Shown here one piece after another: positions 19,956-29,816 of a stretch of 64,000 nt of DNA (the first letter of the stretch is position 1; every line of letters begins with the position of its first letter). The position numbers and the translations under genes were made by a program. The notes under the pieces are model-generated. The model had not been told where the DNA came from. It made no database searches and worked only from the letters and a program-made list of their open reading frames with translations. Source of the stretch: Candidatus Tectimicrobiota bacterium. GTDB taxonomy: Bacteria > JACPUC01. The stretch spans positions 124,001 to 188,000 of the forward strand of contig JACPUC010000029.1 of assembly GCA_016192455.1 (NCBI GenBank). Direction: 5' to 3'.

Positions 19956-20493
19956 CTGCCGCGAAATAGGCGTCTACGTGGTTGATTTTACGCGATGGTG
20001 AGGCTGATGGTGGTGCGGCAGCGTCCTTCACCTCTGCGCTCTCTGCGCCTCCGCGGTTCAATGGAGTGCACCGCCGAGACGCAGAGGGCGCGGAGAAGGT
20101 AGGGGAAGGAACCAGAGATGGACGCGGAGGCGCACCGAGGTCCGCCTACCTCCACGGTTCCTTGCATGCCGATGGCAGGGGCGGTTCGCGAACCGCCCCT
20201 ACGAGTGCCTGCTGCCTCCAGAAAAAGCGTCTACGTGGTCGATTTCACGATATTGCAGGGTTGCCATCGTGCGTCTTACAGCGGACGGGATGTTAAGAGC
20301 CGTAGGGGCGGGGCTTGCCCCGCCCTTCGAGCCGTCCCCCGCTGAACCGCCCCCTCCCAGCCGCCACGCCGGGGCGCGGCAAGCGGCGCCCCTACACCCA
20401 GAATGCCGAACCCTTCGACATGAGAGACGGTCGCTCCCTATAAACCCCATCTTCACCCCTTCGCGCGTGGGCCGAAGGCCCATGGGGAACTGC
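19956..20493 (+). repeat. Second tandem A+B copy of the CTGC-bounded element
   Basis: Colinear similarity to 13235-13832 (e.g. CTCCGCGGTTCAATGGAGTGCACCGC, GTGCGTCTTACAGCGGACGGGATGT, GAATGCCGAACCCTTCGACATGA); module A tail missing. Confidence 0.82.
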
Positions 20494-20539
20494 TCGGTAA
20501 CGAGGTTAGCGAAGGTTCACGAATTCCGGGGAGGCGAGT

Positions 20540-22837
20540 CTAGTTGTTGCTCCCCGGCGTTTCGCCACCTTGTTCGGCCGGCGTAAGCGTGCTTGAGTCC
20601 GGCGCGCTGCGCGCCGTGGGCTCCGGGAGGCGGCGGAAGAGGCGCAGGTTCGGCCACTCCGCCGTCTCCCCGGCTTCATCCGTCGCTATGATGCGCAGCC
20701 CTGGCAGGTGGAACAGCCCCTCCGTGAAGCTCTGCGCCGCCAGGTTCGGCACTCGAAACTCGTAGAGGAACCCCTCCCCCGAGGCCGTCAGCTCTATCTC
20801 CTCAAAGCCGAGAATATCGGTGTGCCCTGTCACTCGCAGCGACCCCTGCCCCCCCGCCGCCAGCGCCCAGAGTGAAAGCTCCCCACCTTCATCCGCCGAA
20901 AGCTGCGCCGTCGTGCCGCCAAATCCCGCCATCAGGATGAGGGGCACAGGACTGCTCTCCGCCGACACCGGCACGGCAGGCTGGCGACGCCCGGGTACGG
21001 CATAGCCCGCATTGCTGCGCGGAATCGCCGGGTCGGGCCAAAGGGAGACATTGCCGTCGGCGTCGACGCCCCGGATGAGAAGACCGCGCATCGAGTTGAC
21101 CCCGGCGACGAGATTCTGCGTCGAGCGCACGGGGAACCGCAGGCGATAGACGCCGCTGTCATCAGGACCGAGCATGGTCCCCAGGATAGCCTCGATCGGC
21201 CGACCGAAGGGGTTCAAACTGACGAAGGCAGCCGTCACGCGCAGAGGGGCGACTCCCCCCAGGACCTGCGCCTGCAGGGTCAGTTCGCCGCCGCCGCCGA
21301 CCTCGAACGTCAGGGGACTGGTGCTGAACCCCGCCATGGTGATAAGGGGTCGCGTCGGTTGAGGCAGCTCGACCTCCGGCGCCGAGGCCGTTGCGGCGCG
21401 AGCAGCCGGCTGGCTGCCCGGCACGTCGAGCGCCGGGAAGTGCGCCTCATTTCCCACCGCGTCCGTGGCGGTGATGGCAAGCCCGGGAATCGTCAGGGGA
21501 CCCGGCGGCAGCGCGCCTTCGGGGAAGACCTCGATGCTCAGGAGGTAACTCCCATCCCCATCCGCGTCGGTGAGTTGGCCCAAGGGAGTCGGCACCGTGA
21601 GGCCGAGGGGGGTCGCCACCTCGTAGGTGGCCTCCACGGCGAGGGGAGGGACGCCGCCCCGCACCTCCGCAACCAGGGTCACCGTGCCGCTGCCATCGTC
21701 GTTCAGCAGCACCGGCGAAAATCCAAAACCGGCCGAAAGGATGATGAGGCGATCGATCTGTGGATCGAGGGCGAAGTTAAGGGTCCCTTGATTCGAGGTG
21801 AACTGGATGCCGCTGGTCTTGGGGAGGAAGCCATCGGCCTCGGCCGTCGCCAGGGCCAGGGTGGTCTTGATCTCGTTCACCGTGTAGGCGCCGGAGGAGT
21901 TCGTGAGCGCCACCACGTCGCCCACGCGGACCCGCGCGCCCTCCACCGGCAATCCCGTGCTGCGGGCCGTCACCCGGCCCTGCAGGGTGCGATTCTCCGC
22001 CACGGGCCGCAGGGAGATGAAGAGCTGCGAGGTGCTCCCCGCCTCCAGAGTCAATTCGACGCGCTCGGTGATAAAGTTGTCTTTGCTGAAAATGATGCTC
22101 AGCGGGCCGGGAGCGATCTCCTCCACCCTGAACTCGCCGGTGCCGAGGCTGCGCTCGCGCACCGTTCCCGCCTGAATGAGCACCTCCGGCAGCGGCTCGC
22201 CGGTTTGGGCATGCCGGACCACGCCGGTAACCAGCGCCGTCGTCCGCACCGCCTGCAGCGCCACGTCCAGCCGCGAGACCTGGCCCAGGCGCACATCAAC
22301 CGACAGGGTGCGGGTGGTGAACCCCTCGGCTAAGAAGGTGATGGCGAGATTCGTGGCCGGTTCCACGTCGGTGAACGTGTAGAGCCCCTCGGCATCGGTC
22401 GTGGCCCGCCGCTCTCCCAGGGTGACCAGCACGCCACCGATCGGCGCGTTGCTCGCGGCGTTGCTGACGATGCCGGTGATATCCCCCGTGGAGAGGGGAT
22501 TCAGGGTGAAGTCGATACTGGGCGGGATATCTCCAGGGTTGATGGTTCTGACCGCTTCGCCGCGGTTGAAGCCTGACACCTGCACCACAACGGTGAAGGT
22601 GCCGGTCGGGACGTTCTCAATCCTGTACAGCCCGCTTTCATCGGTGGTGGCGCTGAGGTCGCCGATGGTGACCGTCGCCCCGGCAAGGGGCCTGCCGCTC
22701 CCCTCCCCGGCAACGTCCCGTCCCAGCACGAAGCCGCTGATGGTGACGGGCGATTGGGCCTGCGCGAGCCGCGCCGCTCCAAGGCTGGCCACGAGAACCA
22801 ACAGCACGAGCCCGCGACGTAGGGCGCGCTGGCGCAT
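20540..22837 (-). CDS. Secreted protein with four carboxypeptidase-regulatory-like beta-sandwich repeats and three C-terminal repeats of an unknown domain
   Basis: Signal peptide; four G.V....G.P..GA.V......T...G.Y repeats; three LI..AGF...GG.L.L...A.D..G....(W/F)P repeats. Confidence 0.8.
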   Translation of the reverse strand: MRQRALRRGLVLLVLVASLGAARLAQAQSPVTISGFVLGRDVAGEGSGRPLAGATVTIGDLSATTDESGLYRIENVPTGTFTVVVQVSGFNRGEAVRTINPGDIPPSIDFTLNPLSTGDITGIVSNAASNAPIGGVLVTLGERRATTDAEGLYTFTDVEPATNLAITFLAEGFTTRTLSVDVRLGQVSRLDVALQAVRTTALVTGVVRHAQTGEPLPEVLIQAGTVRERSLGTGEFRVEEIAPGPLSIIFSKDNFITERVELTLEAGSTSQLFISLRPVAENRTLQGRVTARSTGLPVEGARVRVGDVVALTNSSGAYTVNEIKTTLALATAEADGFLPKTSGIQFTSNQGTLNFALDPQIDRLIILSAGFGFSPVLLNDDGSGTVTLVAEVRGGVPPLAVEATYEVATPLGLTVPTPLGQLTDADGDGSYLLSIEVFPEGALPPGPLTIPGLAITATDAVGNEAHFPALDVPGSQPAARAATASAPEVELPQPTRPLITMAGFSTSPLTFEVGGGGELTLQAQVLGGVAPLRVTAAFVSLNPFGRPIEAILGTMLGPDDSGVYRLRFPVRSTQNLVAGVNSMRGLLIRGVDADGNVSLWPDPAIPRSNAGYAVPGRRQPAVPVSAESSPVPLILMAGFGGTTAQLSADEGGELSLWALAAGGQGSLRVTGHTDILGFEEIELTASGEGFLYEFRVPNLAAQSFTEGLFHLPGLRIIATDEAGETAEWPNLRLFRRLPEPTARSAPDSSTLTPAEQGGETPGSNN

Positions 22838-23167
22838 CGCTGAACCTCTCCCCTGCTTGGAGTCCGTCGGGCGAATCTTCCCGTCAGCGCCGACAATCAG
22901 CCGCGCGAGCCGTACGCGCACCCCTCACGAGCGCCTGACAAGCACCTGAACCGAAGCGCTCCCGACGCAGGACGCCTCGAGCCGCCGGGAAAGTTTGCGA
23001 CCATGACGCACCACGGTGAGGCAGGACAGGAGCGCCGCCTGCGTGACGCGGCTAGCTTACACACCATGCCGGGAAGAGTGCAACAGCCGAGACGGGAGCG
23101 GTCCGACGCGAGAGGCGCAGTGTTGCCTCGTGGCGGGCCATGACCAGGGCCGCGCGGCCCGACGCGG

Positions 23168-24277
23168 CTACGTCGGCCCCGCCGTGCCGGCGCGTTGCGC
23201 CAGCTCGGCAACCACCGCGGCGGCGCCGCTGGCGGCGATGGCTTGCCGCAGCCGCGCCGCCGGCGGCGCAACCTGATCAAACAGGAACGTTTCCTTCAAC
23301 CGCAGAAGCCGCCGCCAGGACTCCTCGACCCGCGTTTCCCGCAGCGCGCCGGAGCGCACCCCCTCCGTCACCTGCGCCAGCATCGCGGCAGCCGCCGCAA
23401 CCCCGGCGCAGACGAGGAGCACGTCGGCGCCCGCCCGCAGGGAGAGCAGCGGCGCCTCGGCGGCGAAATGCCGGGCAATCGCCTGCATCTGGAGATCATC
23501 GGTGATCACGAGGCCATCGTAGCCCCAGGCGCCGCGCAGCAGGTCGCCGAGGATGGCCGGGGAGAGCGTGGCGGGGAGGGCCGCATCAAGGGCCGGGAAG
23601 AGGACGTGCGCGGTCATCAGCGCCGGCAGGCCGGCAGCGCAGGCGGCGCGGAAGGGCGCCAGCTCGAGGCGCTCGAGGTCGGCGCGGGGTCGCTCCACGA
23701 TGGGAAGCTCGAAGTGCGAGTCGGTGGCGGTGTCTCCATGGCCGGGAAAGTGCTTGCCCACCGGCGCCACGCCGGCGCTCATCGTCCCCTCGATGAAGGC
23801 GCCGCCGAGCCGCGCCACGACCTCCGGGTCGCGGGAGAAGGAGCGGTCGCCGATGACGGGGTTGGCGGGGTTGCTATCGACATCGAGCACCGGCGCGAAA
23901 TTCATCGAGATGCCGGCCGCGCGCAGCTCGGCGGCCATGCCTGCCGCCAGCCGCCGCGTCAGGTCGGCGTCGCCAAGCTCGCCGAGGCGTCGCATCGGCG
24001 GCACCTGCGTGAAGGGAGGGCCGAGCCGGGCGACACGCCCGCCTTCCTGATCGATGGCGATGAACGGCGGCACGCCGACCTGCTCCAGGCAGACGGCGCG
24101 CAGCTCCGCGCAGAGATCGGCGAGCTGTTCAGGGGCGCCGATGTTCTCCTTGAAGAGGACGAACCCGCCCGGCACCCACCCAGCCAGGGCGCGCCGCAGC
24201 TCGGCGCTGACGCCCTGGCCGGCGATCCCCACGAACAGGAGCTGGCCAAGCTGCTGCTGGAGGGTGAGGCGCGGCAT
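23168..24277 (-). CDS. nagZ: Beta-N-acetylhexosaminidase (GH3)
   Basis: IDQEGGRVAR, FAPVLD, KHFPGHG..ATDSH, MTAH, TDDL.M. Confidence 0.92.
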   Translation of the reverse strand: MPRLTLQQQLGQLLFVGIAGQGVSAELRRALAGWVPGGFVLFKENIGAPEQLADLCAELRAVCLEQVGVPPFIAIDQEGGRVARLGPPFTQVPPMRRLGELGDADLTRRLAAGMAAELRAAGISMNFAPVLDVDSNPANPVIGDRSFSRDPEVVARLGGAFIEGTMSAGVAPVGKHFPGHGDTATDSHFELPIVERPRADLERLELAPFRAACAAGLPALMTAHVLFPALDAALPATLSPAILGDLLRGAWGYDGLVITDDLQMQAIARHFAAEAPLLSLRAGADVLLVCAGVAAAAAMLAQVTEGVRSGALRETRVEESWRRLLRLKETFLFDQVAPPAARLRQAIAASGAAAVVAELAQRAGTAGPT

Positions 24278-24426
24278 GCGGCTGGCTCCCTTCCTGCCTG
24301 AACGGCGGCTCTCCTCCCACCCGACGCCATCGCCGCGGGGCCGGCGAGAGGACCTGCGTTGACTTGCTCGAGGCAGTATGATAGCACTCGCACATCTGCG
24401 AATCACCCTCGGCGGGAGAGCTCCTC

Positions 24427-25386
24427 ATGGTGCTGCGGCGCGCCCGCATGGTTCTGGAGATCGAGAGCAACGCCATCGCCGCGCTCATCTCCAGGCTCGA
24501 CAGCTCCTTCGAGCGCGCGGTGACGATGCTCCTGGAGCTGCGCGGTCGCCTGATCCTCACCGGCATCGGCAAGTCCGGCATCATCGCCCAGAAGATCGCC
24601 GCCACCTTCACCAGCGTCGGCACGCCGGCGCACTTCCTGCATCCAGTCGAGGGGCTGCACGGAGATGTGGGCATCCTGAGCCGCACGGACCTCGCCATGG
24701 CGGTGTCGCGCAGCGGCGAGACCGATGAGCTGCTGCGCCTGCTGCCGATCTTCAAGCGCTTCGGCGTACCCATCATCGCCCTGAACGGCAACCCCAGCTC
24801 CTCCCTGGCGCGGCACAGCGATGTGGTGCTCGACGTGGCCGTCGCGGCGGAGGCCTGTCCCCTCGGGCTGGTGCCGACGGCAAGCACCACCGCGGCCCTG
24901 GCCATGGGAGACGCCCTGGCCATGGCCGTGCTGGAGCAGCGCCACTTCAGCAGGGAGGACTTCGCGCTCCTGCACCCGGGCGGTTCGCTGGGAAACCGCC
25001 TCACCCTCACCGTGCGCGACCTCATGCACACCGGCGACGCCATCCCACGGGTGGCGGACGACGCCTCCTTCAAGGAGATCATCCTGGAAATCTCGTCGAA
25101 GAAGCTCGGCCATGCCTGTGTGCTGGATCGAAGCGGACGCCTCCTCGGCATCATCACCGACGGCGATCTGCGCCGCCTCTTCGAGAAGACCGAGAACGTT
25201 TTCAGCATGCGGGCGCGCGACTTCATGACCGTCGATCCGAAGGTGATCGGCGCCGACGAGCTGGCCGCCAAGGCGGTGCAGATCATGGAAGCGCACTCCA
25301 TCACCGCGCTCGTCGTCATCGACGAGGCGAAGAGCGTGCAGGGGTTCCTCCACCTTCACAGCGTCCTCGCCGCCGGGGTGGTGTAA
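24427..25386 (+). CDS. kdsD: Arabinose-5-phosphate isomerase (SIS + 2 CBS)
   Basis: GIGKSG, HGDVG, S.SGET, EACPLGLVPTASTT, HPGGSLG, ITDGDLRR. Confidence 0.92.
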   Translation: MVLRRARMVLEIESNAIAALISRLDSSFERAVTMLLELRGRLILTGIGKSGIIAQKIAATFTSVGTPAHFLHPVEGLHGDVGILSRTDLAMAVSRSGETDELLRLLPIFKRFGVPIIALNGNPSSSLARHSDVVLDVAVAAEACPLGLVPTASTTAALAMGDALAMAVLEQRHFSREDFALLHPGGSLGNRLTLTVRDLMHTGDAIPRVADDASFKEIILEISSKKLGHACVLDRSGRLLGIITDGDLRRLFEKTENVFSMRARDFMTVDPKVIGADELAAKAVQIMEAHSITALVVIDEAKSVQGFLHLHSVLAAGVV

Positions 25387-25443
25387 CCCCCCTCGCCGCG
25401 CCCCACCCCGCCGATTCCCCCACCTCCGCCGCGCCGCCCGCAA

Positions 25444-25480
25444 CGCGGAAAGCCCCTGGCAGGCTCAGGGGCTTTCCGCG
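25444..25480. terminator. Hairpin between the convergent kdsD and cyclophilin genes
   Basis: 15-bp perfect inverted repeat CGCGGAAAGCCCCTG / CAGGGGCTTTCCGCG. Confidence 0.6.
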
Positions 25481-25532
25481 GCAGAGTGCCGCCAAGCTGC
25501 TCGTACGAGAGGGGGCGTCGGCCGCCGCGGGC

Positions 25533-26156
25533 TTACTTCTCTCCCTTCTCCTCCTTCGGCTTCTTGCCTTCCGAGACGATGGTGATCTCGTTCATCACGT
25601 CACCCGCCCGCAACTTCTTCACCACGTCCATGCCCTGGGTGACGCGCCCAAAGACGGTGTACTGGTTATCAAGCTGGTGCGCCGGCGCGAGGGTGAGGTA
25701 GAACTGGCTGCCGGCGCTGTTGGGGCGGTTTGAGCGGGCCATCGCCAGGGCCCCTTCGATGTGCGTCAGGCCGTTGTCGTGCTCATCCTTGATGGTCCAG
25801 CCGGGACCGCCAGTGCCGTCCCCTTTCGGATCCCCCCCTTGGATGACAAAGTTCGGCACGTAGCGATGGAAGGTGAGGCCCTTGTAGAAGGCACTCTTCA
25901 CCAGCTTAAGGAAGTTCGCGACAGTGATGGGGGCCATGTCGGGGTAGAGCGCGATGCGGATGTCGCCCTTGTTCGTCTTGATGATGCCTACCACGATAGT
26001 CGTCCCTTCCGGCGCCTCTGCCTGTACCGGCGGCGTCTCCCAGCCGGCCCAGGTGATGGCAAGCGCCACCAGCAGCCCGAGAAGGGTCACCCCAAGTCTA
26101 GCTGCGCTCCCTGTCGTCAGCTTGATCCCCTGTTGAAGCGTGTCGTGCATGTCCAC
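25533..26156 (-). CDS. Cyclophilin-type peptidyl-prolyl isomerase with N-terminal signal/anchor
   Basis: APITVANF, FHRYVPNFVIQGGDP, LAMAR, SAGSQFY, YTVFG. Confidence 0.93.
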   Translation of the reverse strand: MDMHDTLQQGIKLTTGSAARLGVTLLGLLVALAITWAGWETPPVQAEAPEGTTIVVGIIKTNKGDIRIALYPDMAPITVANFLKLVKSAFYKGLTFHRYVPNFVIQGGDPKGDGTGGPGWTIKDEHDNGLTHIEGALAMARSNRPNSAGSQFYLTLAPAHQLDNQYTVFGRVTQGMDVVKKLRAGDVMNEITIVSEGKKPKEEKGEK

Positions 26157-26231
26157 GATTCCCGCCTAGCAGCTCTGCGTTCCACCCACGCGTCCGCCTC
26201 CCCGCTGAACCGTCGCGAGGCTGGGCTTTCG

Positions 26232-27635
26232 TCAGCCGACGCGATCGTACTCCCGGACGCGAAACTCAACCCCCAGTTCCACCTCGGCGAGCCGCCGGCA
26301 CGCTTCAATATCGACGGGGGCGCCGGGGATGCCGCGCACCGCCGTGGCAATCACCCGCGGCAGAGCGTCGCGGCAGCGCCGGATGAACTCCAGCACGGCG
26401 TCGTACGCCCGCGGGCCGAACCGCGGCCGGCAGACGGCGACGTAGCCCTGCGGCGTCTCGGCATTCAAGCTCACACTCACGGCATCAATGAGCCCCACCA
26501 GCTCCGGCACGATGTCCCGCTTGTGGATAAGGTTGCCGTGGCCGTTGGTGTTGAGCCGCACCGGCAGACCATGCGCCTTGCAGTAGCGTGCCACGTCAAG
26601 CAAGACAGTCAAGCGAAGTGTTGGTTCCCCATAACCGCAAAAGACGATTTCCTCGATGCCCTCGCTGCCGGCCGCTAGATGCTCCGCCACGGCGCCGCAC
26701 AGCGCCTCCGTCGTCGGCTCTTCCCGCAAGCCAAGGAAGTGGCCCTTCACGCTGGGGTCGAGCTCGCGGGCGCAGAAGCTGCAATCGCTGGTGCAGCGGT
26801 TGGTGATGTTCAGGTAGAGACTGCGGCGGATGCGGTAGGCAATGGCGCCCTGCCGCTCTGGGCCGCCGCCGTCGAGCCGGAAAAGACGGCGGGCGTTGAA
26901 GCTCGTGATGCGCGCCAGGTCGGCGACGGTGAGCCCATGCAGCTCGGCCAGCCTGGCGGCCGTGTGCAGCACGAAGCTCGGCTCGTTGCGCTTGCCGCGC
27001 CGCGGCGCGGGGGCAAGGTACGGGCAGTCGGTCTCCACCATGAGGCGGTCCACGGGCAGGGCCTTGGCGACGCCGCGCAGGGACTCGGCATTGGCGAAGG
27101 TGAGCTGGCCGGCGAAGGAGATGAAGAAGCCGAGTTCCAGGCAGGTCTCGGCAAGGGCCTGGCTGCCGCTGAAGCAGTGCATGACGCCGCCGCGCTCCTC
27201 GGCATGCTCCTCGCGCAGGATGGCGAGGAGGTCGTCCCCGGCATCGCGGCAGTGGATGACCACGGGCTTGCGCACCTGCCGCGCCAAGCGGAGCTGCCGG
27301 CGGAAGACTCGCCGCTGCGCCTCGATGGGCGCGTAGGCCTTGAAGTAGTCGAGGCCCGTCTCCCCCACCGCCACCACCTCGGGCCGGCGCGCGAGCTCCT
27401 CGAGCCGCGCCCAGCTTTCCTCATCCACCCCTTCGGCGTCGTGCGGGTGGATGCCGGCGGTGGGGTGGAGCCGCGGGTGCCGCGCCGCCAGCTCAATGGC
27501 GGCGAGGCTCGAGGCCACGTCCGTCCCCACCACGATGATCGCCTCGATCCCCGCGCCGAGGGCGCGCTCGATGACGGCCTCGCGGTCGGCGTCGAAGTGC
27601 TCCATGGTGAGATGGGCGTGGGAGTCGATGTACAT
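26232..27635 (-). CDS. tatD: TatD DNase fused to a radical SAM domain
   Basis: IDSHAHL, GIHPH, GETGLD, HCR, HCFSG, ETDCPYL followed by LYLNITNRCTSDCSFC and FCGYGEP. Confidence 0.92.
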   Translation of the reverse strand: MYIDSHAHLTMEHFDADREAVIERALGAGIEAIIVVGTDVASSLAAIELAARHPRLHPTAGIHPHDAEGVDEESWARLEELARRPEVVAVGETGLDYFKAYAPIEAQRRVFRRQLRLARQVRKPVVIHCRDAGDDLLAILREEHAEERGGVMHCFSGSQALAETCLELGFFISFAGQLTFANAESLRGVAKALPVDRLMVETDCPYLAPAPRRGKRNEPSFVLHTAARLAELHGLTVADLARITSFNARRLFRLDGGGPERQGAIAYRIRRSLYLNITNRCTSDCSFCARELDPSVKGHFLGLREEPTTEALCGAVAEHLAAGSEGIEEIVFCGYGEPTLRLTVLLDVARYCKAHGLPVRLNTNGHGNLIHKRDIVPELVGLIDAVSVSLNAETPQGYVAVCRPRFGPRAYDAVLEFIRRCRDALPRVIATAVRGIPGAPVDIEACRRLAEVELGVEFRVREYDRVG

Positions 27636-27643
27636 GCCGGGCC

Positions 27644-29620
27644 TCAGCGCACCTTGCTGCCGGGGGGAATCTCGCCATCGAGGCCGACAAGGACCAGCCG
27701 GGAGCCCCCCTCGGCGGCCAGGACCATGCCGTTCGACTCGACTCCCATGAGCTTGGCCGGCCGCAGGTTCGCCACCAGGATGATCTGCTTGCCGAGCAGC
27801 TCCTGCGGAGTGTAGTGCTCGGCGATGCCGGCGACAACCTGACGCACTTCGTCCCCAAGATCAACCTGGAGCTTCAGGAGCTTCTTCGAGCTCCTGATCG
27901 GTTCGGCGGCCCGAATCCGGCCCACCCGCAGATCGAGGCGCTGGAACTCGTCGATGCTGATCGTCGCGGCGCTCCCCGCGGCCGGTGGTCCCGCCTGGGC
28001 TGCTTCTTGTCGCCCCGCTTCCTTCGCGGGGCCGGCGGTGGACGACGCTGCGCCGGCCGCCGTCGCGGGCGTCTCCTCGAGGCGCGGGAAGAGCTGCTCG
28101 CCGCGCGCGATGCGGCTGCCGGGGCGCAGCCCGCCCCAGCGCCGCCAGTCCCCGCCGGCGGGCGCCTCGAGACCCTCCTCCATACCGAGCTGCCGCGCCA
28201 GCTCGCGCGCTTTCCCCGGCATGAAGGGACTGATCAGGAACGCCACCAGGCGCAGCGCTTCGAGGCAGGTCGCAAGCACGCCATCGAGCCGCGGCGCCTG
28301 TTCCTTGGCGAGCTTCCACGGCGCGGCCGCATCGACGTAACGGTTCAGATGCGCCAGGAACTCCCACACCCGCGCCAGCGCCCGGTGGAACGCCAGGGTC
28401 TCCATCGCTTCCGTGAAGCCCCGCACGGCCGCCGCCGCCGCTCCCCGCACCTGCTCCTCCTCGGCGGTGGGCGCCGTGCAGGGAGGGATGACGCCGCCGC
28501 GATAGCGCTCCACCATGGTGAGGACGCGGCTCACCAGGTTGCCGAGGTCATTCGCCAGGTCGGCGTTGAGGCGCTGCACGAGGGCGGCTTCGGAGAAATC
28601 GCCGTCGAGGCCGAAGCTCACCTCGCGCAGCAGGAAGAAGCGCAGCGGATCAGGGCCGTAGCGCTCCACGAGCAGGTTCGGATCGACGACGTTGCCGAGC
28701 GACTTCGACATCTTGCGCCCCTCGTGCGTCCACCAGCCATGGGCGAAAACCTGGGTCGGCAACGCCTCGCCGCCGGCCATGAGGAAGGCCGGCCAGTAGA
28801 CGGCGTGGAAGCGCAGGATGTCCTTGCCGATGAGGTGGATGACGCGGCCGTCCTGGGGGCGCTCGCTCCAGTACGCCCGGTAGGCCGCCTCGTCGGGGCT
28901 GAGGAAGCCGAGGACGGAGAGGTAGTTGAGGAGCGCATCGAGCCAGACGTAGACCACGTGAGGCGGCGCGGGGACCACCGGCACGCCCCAGGAGAAGCTG
29001 GTGCGGCTGACGCTCAGGTCGCGCAGGCCGCCGCGCACAAAGGAGATGATCTCGTTGCGCCGCGACTCGGGCTGGATGAACCGCGGGTTCTCCTGGTAGT
29101 GCCGCAGCAGCCGCTCCTGGTACGCCGAGAGGCGGAAGAAGAAGCTCGCCTCCTTGAGCTTCTCCGTGGGCCGCCCGCAGTCGGGACAGGCGCCGCTGAC
29201 CAGTTGCAGCTCGGTCCAGTAGGTCTCGCAGGGGGTGCAGTACCAGTCCTCGTACTCGCCGAGGTAGATGTCGCCGGAGTCGAGGAGGCGTTGGAAGTAC
29301 TGCTGCACCGCCGTGATATGGCGCGGCTCGGTGGTGCGGATGAAGTCGGTGTTGGAAATCTGCAGCTTCTGCCACAGGCTCTGGAAGCGCGTGACGACGC
29401 GGTCGGCGAGCTGCTGCGGTGTCTCCCCGCTTGCCGTCGCCGCCTTCGCCACCTTCTGGCCGTGCTCGTCCGTGCCGGTGAGGAAGAAGACGTCCGCGCC
29501 GCAGAGGCGCTGGTAGCGTGCCAGAACGTCGGCGGCGATGGTCGAGTAGGCGTGCCCGAGGTGGGGGACGTCGTTCACGTAGTAGATCGGGGTGGTGACG
29601 TAGAAGGTGGGACGACTCAT
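27644..29620 (-). CDS. metG: Methionine--tRNA ligase with C-terminal tRNA-binding domain
   Basis: TTPIYYVN, HLGH, GTDEHG, YVWLDAL, KMSKS. Confidence 0.97.
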   Translation of the reverse strand: MSRPTFYVTTPIYYVNDVPHLGHAYSTIAADVLARYQRLCGADVFFLTGTDEHGQKVAKAATASGETPQQLADRVVTRFQSLWQKLQISNTDFIRTTEPRHITAVQQYFQRLLDSGDIYLGEYEDWYCTPCETYWTELQLVSGACPDCGRPTEKLKEASFFFRLSAYQERLLRHYQENPRFIQPESRRNEIISFVRGGLRDLSVSRTSFSWGVPVVPAPPHVVYVWLDALLNYLSVLGFLSPDEAAYRAYWSERPQDGRVIHLIGKDILRFHAVYWPAFLMAGGEALPTQVFAHGWWTHEGRKMSKSLGNVVDPNLLVERYGPDPLRFFLLREVSFGLDGDFSEAALVQRLNADLANDLGNLVSRVLTMVERYRGGVIPPCTAPTAEEEQVRGAAAAAVRGFTEAMETLAFHRALARVWEFLAHLNRYVDAAAPWKLAKEQAPRLDGVLATCLEALRLVAFLISPFMPGKARELARQLGMEEGLEAPAGGDWRRWGGLRPGSRIARGEQLFPRLEETPATAAGAASSTAGPAKEAGRQEAAQAGPPAAGSAATISIDEFQRLDLRVGRIRAAEPIRSSKKLLKLQVDLGDEVRQVVAGIAEHYTPQELLGKQIILVANLRPAKLMGVESNGMVLAAEGGSRLVLVGLDGEIPPGSKVR

Positions 29621-29816
29621 GGGAGCTGCGTGATCCTAACGGGGTGCGCCGGAGAACGCGGCGGAGGGAGAGCCGGAGACGACCGCATGAGAAGATCGCG
29701 CCGACGCAGCCTCCGGCGGCATCATGCCGCGCGCGGCCGCCCTGACGCCTGGCCAGGCGGGAACGCCCTGGCCTTGCTCCAGATCGGCCACGCTGCCTCG
29801 CCTTGACGGATTGAGC

